Of a stretch of DNA of 32,511 bases, positions 15,207-23,193 are shown piece after piece; the first letter of the stretch is position 1, and each line of letters opens with the position of its first letter. A program made the translations under genes and the position numbers. The notes beneath the pieces are model-generated. The model was not told where the DNA came from and did no database searches. It was given only the letters and a program-made list of their open reading frames with translations. The stretch is from an uncultured Gammaproteobacteria bacterium (lineage in GTDB: Bacteria; Patescibacteriota; Microgenomatia; Levybacterales; UBA12049): positions 1 to 32,511 of the forward strand of contig CAZAIV010000113.1 in the NCBI GenBank assembly GCA_964485315.1, read 5' to 3'.

Positions 15207-17600
15207 ATTTATGAAGGGTATTAACACAATATTGTTCCCGTCGTCAACCGTCATTACCAATTTGTCTCCGCGTTTGACTTGATCTTTTAATTTTCCCTGC
15301 GCGATCAGATCTTCCACGTGATCCTGAATATATCTTCTCATCGGTCTGGCGCCGAATTCCACATCCGCTCCCTCATTCACAATCTTTTGTATCAATTTCT
15401 CATCAAACACAAGAGTAATATCCTGCTCTTCAAGTTGTTTGGTAATACTTGTTAAGAGTAGCCCGACGATTTGCGTTAATTCCGGCACACCAAGCGGCTT
15501 AAACATGACGATTTCATCAAAACGATTCAATAATTCGGGTTTGAAGAGTTGTTTCTCCTGCAGATATTCCAACAATTTTCGCTGAAATGCCTTATCGATC
15601 TGTACTCCTTTAACCAGGTTCTCACGAACAAATTCCGCTCCTGCATTTGACGTTGCAATGATGATGCTGTTCACGAAAGAGACTGTTTTCCCTTTATTAT
15701 CCGTCAATCTCCCGTCCTCAAATACTTGAAGGAACAAATCCAGAATCCTCGGACTTGCTTTCTCAAATTCATCAAGCAAAACCAGAGAAAACGGATGATC
15801 ATGGATCTTATCGGTAAGTTCTCCTCTGTCATTTCCCTCGCCCGGCGCAGCCCCGAGCAGTCGTCTTTCTCCGTCACTATCAGAATACTCACTCATGTCA
15901 AGCCGAATCATGTTATTTTCGTCTCCGTAATATACTTGCGCCAATGCTTTCGCAGTTTCGGATTTTCCCACACCTGTCGGACCGAGGAACAAAAAAGAAA
16001 TCGGCCGTGTCGATGTCGTTAAACCGGAACGCAATCGCCTGATTGCTTCACTTATTGCCGAGATCGCATGCACCTGATCAATCACCCGAGCATGCAGTTT
16101 CTCTTCAAGATGGAGAAGTAAATCTTTTTCCTTCGCAGTCGGAGTACCGACATTCACATGAGTCTTCTTACTGATTTGCTCTTCGACATCCGATGCCAAG
16201 ACCATCTTTCCCTTCGCTAACGCAACGCTATTGGCAGTGTCATTCAAGAGTGTTACCGCGCTTCCCGGCAGCACGTCGTCCTGATCATATCTGTCTGCCA
16301 ATTCGACTGCCGAAATAACCGATAAATACGTAAGGGTAACTCCTTCATTCATCCGCTCAATCATATTTGATTTTTTCATAAGCATTTCCGTCGCGATATC
16401 CACACGCGGCTCATCAATAGTAATCACCGCAAAAACGTCTTTCAGAGGATTTTGCGCCAGATACGTTTTGAAATTCCCGGGAGTCATCGATGCAATAATC
16501 GCTAAATTACCGCTGTGCAGATACGGCATAAGCGCACCCGATACATCAAGTCCATACGAAGAAGAACCCATGAGATTTTGAAAATCCGGAATGTATAAAA
16601 TGACATTTTGTGAATGACTGACTTCCTCAATAATTGCCTGCAACCGTTCTTCAAGCTGGCTTCTCGTCTGCGCCCCCGCGATTAAAGGACCAACCATCAG
16701 CTCAAGCACTTTTTTGTAATTTAGCCGGGAAGAAAGAAACCCATAATAGCTGTCATCGGTTAATTTCGCGACTAAATTTTCTTTCCCGACACCCTGTTCG
16801 CCAACCAACATAACGTTATTCGTCTCACGTTTGCTTAAAGCCTCCAGCATTAACTTATACGATGTTTCTCTGCCTGCCAGAAATGGAATAATATTCGCCG
16901 CTCCATAAGTGAAATTCGCGGTGTACTTCTGTGTTTCCAGTGTCCATCCGCTCACCAATGATTCGCCAATTCCTTCACCCATAAAATGCACGCCTCCGGA
17001 CATCGGAAATTCCTCTTGTATATACTCTTTTCTTGCCCATTGCAGAATACGATAGACATCATCCGTTTTCAATTGGTGATTGAAAAATAGTTTCGTTTGC
17101 TCTTCAGTCATAAGAAGATAACTGATAAAAAAATCCATTGTCGTAATAAATTCACCTTTGACAGTTTTTACTATTTCCGTCGCTTCTGTCATGATCTGAT
17201 CTTTCTGTAAAGAGATACATGGTACATCTGCAGCAGTCATCCCCGATTTTCCGAGAAGAAAACGGATCTGTGGGTATGTGTAGAGTCGCTTCAGGCAATA
17301 TTGCATATCGACTGAAGATAGGTAGACACGTAAAAGCTCGGATGAACAGGATTCCAGATAATTCTTCTGTGTGTTTTTACTTAGAGACAATGTGGGATGG
17401 TAATGATACAGATGATACCGGAAAAAAAATTCAATGATCGTAAACCAGATGAGAAAGAAAAGAGGAAACTTGAATGACGCATGATGAACTACTTGACTGA
17501 ACAACAAAAAGACAATCAGGAAAATTATCAGCAATCGTATCACGCGAATCAATGCTGAAGTGTAAAAAAGATATAAACGTGTATATTGTTCACCTGTCAT
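15183..17600 (-). CDS. Membrane-anchored Hsp100/Clp-family ATPase with a degenerate NBD1 and an intact NBD2
   Basis: 805-aa ORF.
- Two N-terminal TM helices (aa ~15-60), followed by Clp_N-like repeats.
- NBD1 Walker A reads GEQGVGKE (nt 16779-16802; canonical GxPGVGKT).
- NBD1 Walker B reads ILYIPD (nt 16584-16601; canonical ILFIDE).
- The RRFQ arginine motif reads KDVFAV.
- NBD2 is canonical: GPTGVGKSE, LVLLDEFEKA, ATSN, ELLNRFDEIV, GARPMRR.
- There is no M-domain and no IG[FL] loop. Confidence 0.85.
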   Translation of the reverse strand: MTGEQYTRLYLFYTSALIRVIRLLIIFLIVFLLFSQVVHHASFKFPLFFLIWFTIIEFFFRYHLYHYHPTLSLSKNTQKNYLESCSSELLRVYLSSVDMQYCLKRLYTYPQIRFLLGKSGMTAADVPCISLQKDQIMTEATEIVKTVKGEFITTMDFFISYLLMTEEQTKLFFNHQLKTDDVYRILQWARKEYIQEEFPMSGGVHFMGEGIGESLVSGWTLETQKYTANFTYGAANIIPFLAGRETSYKLMLEALSKRETNNVMLVGEQGVGKENLVAKLTDDSYYGFLSSRLNYKKVLELMVGPLIAGAQTRSQLEERLQAIIEEVSHSQNVILYIPDFQNLMGSSSYGLDVSGALMPYLHSGNLAIIASMTPGNFKTYLAQNPLKDVFAVITIDEPRVDIATEMLMKKSNMIERMNEGVTLTYLSVISAVELADRYDQDDVLPGSAVTLLNDTANSVALAKGKMVLASDVEEQISKKTHVNVGTPTAKEKDLLLHLEEKLHARVIDQVHAISAISEAIRRLRSGLTTSTRPISFLFLGPTGVGKSETAKALAQVYYGDENNMIRLDMSEYSDSDGERRLLGAAPGEGNDRGELTDKIHDHPFSLVLLDEFEKASPRILDLFLQVFEDGRLTDNKGKTVSFVNSIIIATSNAGAEFVRENLVKGVQIDKAFQRKLLEYLQEKQLFKPELLNRFDEIVMFKPLGVPELTQIVGLLLTSITKQLEEQDITLVFDEKLIQKIVNEGADVEFGARPMRRYIQDHVEDLIAQGKLKDQVKRGDKLVMTVDDGNNIVLIPFINSSISVPE

Positions 17601-17929
17601 ACAGTAAAGAAAAGTAAGAAAAACGAAAAGAACGGCAAAAGTATAAAACCGAAGAGAAATAAGAACTCAAAGACAAGTAAGAGAATAAAAAGAAGCAGTG
17701 AAAAAAGAATCAGAACCGATTTTATGAACATCCCCATACCGATTGAAAATCCCACCAACCCCTGTCTGTATTCGTTTTTGATCGGCTGAAAAAATGTTTT
17801 GAGGAGCGCTGAAAATGAAAAAAAACGGAAAAAGGAGCTGTTCAAAGAACCGAAATAACTGACGAATGCAAGAGGCGCATCGATATACCAGAATTTCGCG
17901 ATAACCAATGGCAGGAGTGGATATTGCAT
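17597..17929 (-). CDS. Small polytopic membrane protein (110 aa), translationally coupled to the membrane-anchored Clp-like gene
   Basis: It is very hydrophobic and Phe/Leu-rich. Its TGA overlaps the downstream ATG in an ATGA (17597-17600). Confidence 0.55.
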   Translation of the reverse strand: MQYPLLPLVIAKFWYIDAPLAFVSYFGSLNSSFFRFFSFSALLKTFFQPIKNEYRQGLVGFSIGMGMFIKSVLILFSLLLFILLLVFEFLFLFGFILLPFFSFFLLFFTV

Positions 17930-17971
17930 ACTTACTCTAGTCTAGGCAATATAGCCTGAAAATGCAATCAA

Positions 17972-19819
17972 TTACTCGCAGGTAAATGTACAAAGCTGTA
18001 TGCTTCCGGTACCTGCTTGGCAGTGGCTTACCATTTTACATCCGTTTCTACTGACCCCTGTCGGCGCCGGAAGTAATGTATTTCCCTCTCCTTGCGGCGC
18101 TTCTGTAGTGACGGGTGTTGGTGTAAAAATAACTGTTGGCGTTACCGGGACATCCGCGCATGCAGGAACTTGTTCCTGAATTGATTCACATACCGGACCG
18201 TTTTGATCGTCTTCAGGCTGCTGATCAAGTTCTGTTGCCTGAAGTGCTGTCTCAACATTCTTGCACGTTGTCGAGCTGGCTGAATAGAGATCATTACAGC
18301 TAAGGAGTAGAGCAATGTACATATCTTTAAAATTCGCCGAGGGAGTGAGATACCGCGTAAGCGCACGATATTCTATCGCATAACTTTTATCACGACCTAT
18401 ACCGTTTATATGACACCCGTTGAAATCGCCTCCCTGAACCATGAGATAAAACGCTTTATTTGCAACACTCGTATTGGTATGCAGCCCGCCAGCATCATCA
18501 CTTCCGCATGCATAGAACGGTGAAAATAACCGGTCGGGCTGATTCCGTCTGGTCGGATCATCCAGATACCGAACCGGTGTCACCAAGCCCGGCACATGCA
18601 CATCTCCCGCAAGTTCCCATGTATCAGTCATTGCAGTCGCGAAAATATCTGACATGCTTTCATTCAGCGCTCCGGATTGATATGAATACATAAGTCCCGC
18701 TGTTGTTTTCGTTACGCCATGGGTCAATTCATGCATGACCATATCGGGTTCTACCATACCGTCACAGAACTGGACTGAACCGGAAACAAACGCTGCGTTG
18801 GGGCACGAATATCCCGCGATATCTATTCTATGTGCATATCCCTGTAAAACTGCTCCGTGATTATCATAACTGTCACGATTGAAGTGGTCATTATAAAACG
18901 CGTATACTCTGCCCAAGTAGGTATACAGATTATTTACGTCACTATCAATAATTGCGCTTTGCCCTTCGGATCTGGCCGCCGGACATGTATCTGTTTCATG
19001 ACAGTTATACACAATACGATTAAGTGCCTGTTCCAATTGTGACTCCTGATAGATAATCTTTCCGCTTTCCAGATCGATAAAATATTGCGTCGCAAAACTG
19101 ACAGGTAATTTTTCAGATGTCATTAATACCGCGAGTGTTCTGTATGTTGTTGTATCCTTTCCTCTGCCAAGAACTTGCAAATTAAGCGCGTACTCATGTG
19201 TGTTGGTAACTAAAAGAGCAATTCGACCACCGCTATCTTTTTGCGCCTGCGCTATTGCGGCACGAACCGCCTGTGTATTCGGAATATTTGCCTGTGACAA
19301 TCGATTGCTCATCACGAGGTTTCCCGTAGCGGCATAGATTTCGTCATTGTTTTTTATATGAACGGCAACCCGGGATCCGTACACGGGAAGTTTATCAATT
19401 GTCTGCTGGAAAAAATAATGTTCCGTATGAGGCAACTGATCGTCAGTCACACTTCGTGAAAGTAGTATCGACGACGAAAAATTATCGGGGAAAAGTTTTG
19501 GACCGAAAAACTGCTGCGGGTCTTGACGGATAAACTCGTATGCTGCCTGCAGATTCATAGATTTTGCTTTATAGATATATCCGGTAAGTTTATATAAAGA
19601 AAATGAACTCAAGTTTTCACGCGAAACCTGATATGAGCCGCTTCCGAATTGTTCAAGATTAATATATGTCTGCCCGCTGAGGTAAGAAATAAAAGAAGAA
19701 AGAAATAAAACAAAAAGAATAATAACTAAAATACGATTATGCAGAAGAAACGATTTTATCAATGAAAATGACATGTATTTATCATACAACATCACCGGGA
19801 AAAGTATCTCTGCGCTCAT
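17972..19819 (-). CDS. Thermolysin-family (M4) zinc metalloprotease with an N-terminal membrane anchor or signal and a Cys-rich C-terminus
   Basis: 615-aa ORF. HELTH lies at nt 18719-18733 within VMHELTHGVT. It is followed by GALNESMSDIFA and GGLHTNTSVANKAFYL, the three M4 signature blocks. The N-terminal hydrophobic segment is ILVIILFVLFLSSFISYL. The C-terminus has a Pro/Thr linker and a 4-Cys end (CKMVSHCQAGTGSIQLCTFTCE). Confidence 0.9.
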   Translation of the reverse strand: MSAEILFPVMLYDKYMSFSLIKSFLLHNRILVIILFVLFLSSFISYLSGQTYINLEQFGSGSYQVSRENLSSFSLYKLTGYIYKAKSMNLQAAYEFIRQDPQQFFGPKLFPDNFSSSILLSRSVTDDQLPHTEHYFFQQTIDKLPVYGSRVAVHIKNNDEIYAATGNLVMSNRLSQANIPNTQAVRAAIAQAQKDSGGRIALLVTNTHEYALNLQVLGRGKDTTTYRTLAVLMTSEKLPVSFATQYFIDLESGKIIYQESQLEQALNRIVYNCHETDTCPAARSEGQSAIIDSDVNNLYTYLGRVYAFYNDHFNRDSYDNHGAVLQGYAHRIDIAGYSCPNAAFVSGSVQFCDGMVEPDMVMHELTHGVTKTTAGLMYSYQSGALNESMSDIFATAMTDTWELAGDVHVPGLVTPVRYLDDPTRRNQPDRLFSPFYACGSDDAGGLHTNTSVANKAFYLMVQGGDFNGCHINGIGRDKSYAIEYRALTRYLTPSANFKDMYIALLLSCNDLYSASSTTCKNVETALQATELDQQPEDDQNGPVCESIQEQVPACADVPVTPTVIFTPTPVTTEAPQGEGNTLLPAPTGVSRNGCKMVSHCQAGTGSIQLCTFTCE

Positions 19820-19842
19820 GGAGCCATTCTTGATGCATGCAA

Positions 19843-20166
19843 TCAGTTTATGTTTCTCTTTCGTATCCTGGTAAAGTTGTATGCATCAAGAATAAACGGT
19901 TCGACACGCGTTATATCCTCTTGACCAACAACTTCTGTCTGCGCCCATGTTTTTCCGAAGTCAAATTTCTCAAATCCTGCGTCCAACGCTTCTGCAAATC
20001 CTGCGGGAGAAAGAATAAGCCACAAAAGTAAGATTTCGTTATCAATAACTTTATAGCCTCCGAATAAATTTTTACCCGTATAGACACATATCCACCCAAA
20101 GGAATTTGAATATCTGGTTGGTCCAAAACTATCTACTGTTCCGATAAATATATCCTCAAGTGTCAT
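19843..20166 (-). CDS. Hypothetical protein (107 aa)
   Basis: It fills the gap between the Clp-like gene and the M4 gene on the same strand (25-nt and 23-nt spacers). I recognise no motif. Confidence 0.5.
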   Translation of the reverse strand: MTLEDIFIGTVDSFGPTRYSNSFGWICVYTGKNLFGGYKVIDNEILLLWLILSPAGFAEALDAGFEKFDFGKTWAQTEVVGQEDITRVEPFILDAYNFTRIRKRNIN

Positions 20167-20191
20167 GCCCCTATTTTACCAGAAGTACGTA

Positions 20192-23161
20192 TTACGCGAA
20201 TTCAGTGGTCTCTTCATCCGTGTCATCCAATAGATTTGCCGCAGAGACAGCAGGCGGACTGAAACTCGCGGCGCTTACTGCAGGATTCACCGGAGATGCC
20301 GGTGGCATTTGATCAATGGGGGTAACCGGTTGTATAGCCGGTTGCGCGGGGGCGAGAATACCGACAGGCACTTCAGCGAGTCCGGGAGTTGCAGGTATTA
20401 ACTCAGGTTGCGGTACTCCGGGTGTGATGCCGATAACTGCTCCGGCCGGCACCGGTACCGGATTCACAGGAGCAGCTTGAGGTTGTCCCTGTTCTTGCAT
20501 CGGAACTGCTGCTGCAATATCATTCACGCTTGGCATAATTGTCTGAGAAGCAGCTTGCGGTGCAATTTGCTGCTGCGAAGAGCCTGACGTAACCGGTATC
20601 TGTTCCTCCTGGACAGTGTTTTGTTCAAGTTGCGCTGTAGGTTGTTGTTGAGAAGTCGGTGACACAGATGTTGCATTCGGCTGATCGGACTGAGCAGCTA
20701 CTTTCGTAAATACGAAGTTCGCCTGCTGATCGGAATAGTCAATTTGAATGGTATCTCCCTGAACAAATGTTTTATTGATAAGAAGCATCGCAATTGGATT
20801 TTCAATAGCAGTCTGAATCAGGCGACGAAGCGGTCTCGCGCCATATTGCGGATCATATCCGTCTTTGGCAAGTTTTTGTAATGCAGCATCCGTAACTTCC
20901 AACGTATATCCTTGGTCCTTGAGAAGTTTGCCTGTTTTCTCCACGCCGAGTTTAGCGATAAATTGCATATCTTCCTGACGAAGCGGCTTAAACATGACGA
21001 TTTCATCAAAACGATTCAGCAATTCCGGACGGAAGAATTTATGCAAGTCTTCAGATACTTTTGCCTGCATGTCCGCATACATTTTGTCAAACTCCTCTTT
21101 CAACTTTGTCGGCTTAGACAATTCCTCCTGAATATCCGTGCTTCCAATGTTTGACGTCGCGATGACAATCGTATTTTTGAAAGAAATAGTATTCCCTTTA
21201 TTATCTGTTAACCGTCCGTCTTCAAGAAGCTGTAAAAGAATATTAAAGACATCGGGGTGTGCTTTCTCAACTTCATCAAGAAGAACAATTGAATATGGTT
21301 TTGCGCGTACCGCTTCTGTCAATTGTCCGCCTTCTTCATATCCGACATACCCCGGAGGCGCGCCAATCAACTTGGCAACTTCATGTTTTTCCATATATTC
21401 TGACATGTCCAGCCGAACCATCGCATCATCCCGGCCGAATAAAATTTCCGCCAATGTCTTGGCCAATTCCGTTTTCCCTGTACCGGTCGGGCCTAGGAAA
21501 ATAAAAGATGCAATCGGACGGTTCGCTGCAGCCAAACCAATTCTCCCGCGCCGTACCGCTTCCGATACTGCCTCAACCGCCTGATCCTGATCAATTAATC
21601 GTTGATGAATTTTCTTATCCAATTCCAATAATTTCGCGCTTTCATCTTCAGTCAGTTTCGTAATCGGAATTCCTGTCCATGCGCTGACCACTCGTTCTAT
21701 ATCACTCTTGACAACGGTATTGTCTTCACGTTTACCGTCATTATGCTGCAGCCGCACATCTGCTGAGGCTTCATCCAAAAGGTCAACTGCCTTATCGGGA
21801 AGATATCTTTCCCCAATATATTTTTTGGACAGCTGTACGGCAGATCGCAATGCCTCGTCAGGAATTATCACAGAATGAAATTTCTCGTATTTCGGTTTCA
21901 GTACCTGCAGCATGAGAAACGCATTATCTTCATCAGGTTCTTCACAGACAATCGGCTGAAAACGGCGCGCAAATGCCTTATCCTTTTCGAAATATTTCCG
22001 GTATTCCGATGTCGTTGTTGTGCCAATAATCTGCAGCTGTCCACGCGCAAGATTGGGTTTAATGATATTTGACGCGTCAAGCGCACTGTCACTTTCTCCT
22101 GCACCTATTAGCGTATGAATCTCATCAATAAATAAAATAACCTGACCTGATACCGCCATAGCATCACGCATAATATTCCGCAAACGTTCTTCAAACTCTC
22201 CTCGGTGGCTTGCGCCTGCGACAAGAGAAGCAACATCCAGTTGGATAATCCGTTTATTTTGTAAGTCTTTCGGTACGGTTCCCGCAATGATTTGCTCTGC
22301 CAAACCCTCTATAATTGCCGTTTTCCCGACACCTGCTTCGCCGATAATAATAGGATTATTTTTCGTTCTTCGAAGTAAAATATGGATAAGCCGGTCTACT
22401 TCTTTTTCCCTTCCCGCGACAGGATCCAGCTCTCCGGCTTTCGCTTTTGCAGTGAGATCAACACCGAATTTATCCAGGACTGTTTTTCTTCCCTCAGCAT
22501 ACGTAGGCGATTTCTCCAGTTTTTCCACAATTGCTTCTTTCTGAACACCTTGCGCTTGCAACATAGCTGCTGTTGATAATCCGGAAGAGAAAAGAACAAC
22601 AAGAATATCTTCCGGAGCGATAAATGTACTTATGCGATCCTTTGCGTTTTTAAATGCTTCTTCAAAGATCTGCTTCACCTGGTCGCTCATGGTGGGTTGA
22701 CCCATGTAACTCCCCATTACTGCTTTGCTTTGCAGTTCACGCGACAACTTCGCTACATCAACTGAGAATTGTTCAAGTAGCTTATAAATCTCTTCATCAT
22801 ACAGAAGTCCAAATAATACTTGCTCCGGCATAATCATTGATTGTTTAATACGAGTTGTCTCTTGCTGGGCATGCGCGAGTACTTGCGTCGATCGGGCATC
22901 GAGGTGAGACAATGCTGAGAGATCTTCCCGTCTTGTCGGATCCATTGTCACCCCTCCTACCGGCGGATGAGAAGATGATCCGAATCCGGACATCATCGGA
23001 TTTGGTACAGAGCGTATTGGCATAACAGGAGCAGGGGAAACAGTTTGCACAGGCCCACCCGCGGAAATTCCCTGTGTGACTTGCCCTGGTTGCAGTGAAG
23101 TCGCCGCAGGTTCAGCATATGTTGTATCGTCTCTTTTTGTACCAAATAAATTTCCTAACAT
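20192..23161 (-). CDS. Two-ring Hsp100 ATPase with ClpA-type architecture (no M-domain, no ClpP-docking loop) and long disordered N- and C-terminal extensions
   Basis: 989-aa ORF.
- It has a Clp_N domain.
- NBD1 motifs: GEAGVGKTAI, ILFIDEIHTLIGAG, ARRFQPI.
- NBD2 motifs: GPTGTGKTELAK, IVLLDEVEKAH, ATSN, ELLNRFDEIV, GARPLRR.
- Only ~12 aa lie between DEASADVRLQ and VVKSDIERVVSAWTGIP, where ClpB carries a ~120-aa coiled coil.
- There is no [ILV]G[FL] tripeptide after sensor-1.
- The N-terminal extension is ~85 aa and P/G/S-rich.
- The C-terminal tail is 168 aa and P/Q/A/V-rich (nt 20195-20698), ending in the acidic DDTDEETTEFA. Confidence 0.9.
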   Translation of the reverse strand: MLGNLFGTKRDDTTYAEPAATSLQPGQVTQGISAGGPVQTVSPAPVMPIRSVPNPMMSGFGSSSHPPVGGVTMDPTRREDLSALSHLDARSTQVLAHAQQETTRIKQSMIMPEQVLFGLLYDEEIYKLLEQFSVDVAKLSRELQSKAVMGSYMGQPTMSDQVKQIFEEAFKNAKDRISTFIAPEDILVVLFSSGLSTAAMLQAQGVQKEAIVEKLEKSPTYAEGRKTVLDKFGVDLTAKAKAGELDPVAGREKEVDRLIHILLRRTKNNPIIIGEAGVGKTAIIEGLAEQIIAGTVPKDLQNKRIIQLDVASLVAGASHRGEFEERLRNIMRDAMAVSGQVILFIDEIHTLIGAGESDSALDASNIIKPNLARGQLQIIGTTTTSEYRKYFEKDKAFARRFQPIVCEEPDEDNAFLMLQVLKPKYEKFHSVIIPDEALRSAVQLSKKYIGERYLPDKAVDLLDEASADVRLQHNDGKREDNTVVKSDIERVVSAWTGIPITKLTEDESAKLLELDKKIHQRLIDQDQAVEAVSEAVRRGRIGLAAANRPIASFIFLGPTGTGKTELAKTLAEILFGRDDAMVRLDMSEYMEKHEVAKLIGAPPGYVGYEEGGQLTEAVRAKPYSIVLLDEVEKAHPDVFNILLQLLEDGRLTDNKGNTISFKNTIVIATSNIGSTDIQEELSKPTKLKEEFDKMYADMQAKVSEDLHKFFRPELLNRFDEIVMFKPLRQEDMQFIAKLGVEKTGKLLKDQGYTLEVTDAALQKLAKDGYDPQYGARPLRRLIQTAIENPIAMLLINKTFVQGDTIQIDYSDQQANFVFTKVAAQSDQPNATSVSPTSQQQPTAQLEQNTVQEEQIPVTSGSSQQQIAPQAASQTIMPSVNDIAAAVPMQEQGQPQAAPVNPVPVPAGAVIGITPGVPQPELIPATPGLAEVPVGILAPAQPAIQPVTPIDQMPPASPVNPAVSAASFSPPAVSAANLLDDTDEETTEFA

Positions 23162-23193
23162 ATATTCTATTCTTCAGGTTTTAGAAAAATAAG

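Noticed and set aside
20195-20698. The P/Q/A-rich tail of the Hsp100, and the similar tails at 10613-10933 and 26482-26559, considered as separate genes or mis-fused ORFs.
   Set aside because: The frames are continuous with the upstream catalytic domains, with no internal stop, RBS or start. Similar tails recur on several unrelated proteins in the window, so they appear to be a genuine lineage trait.
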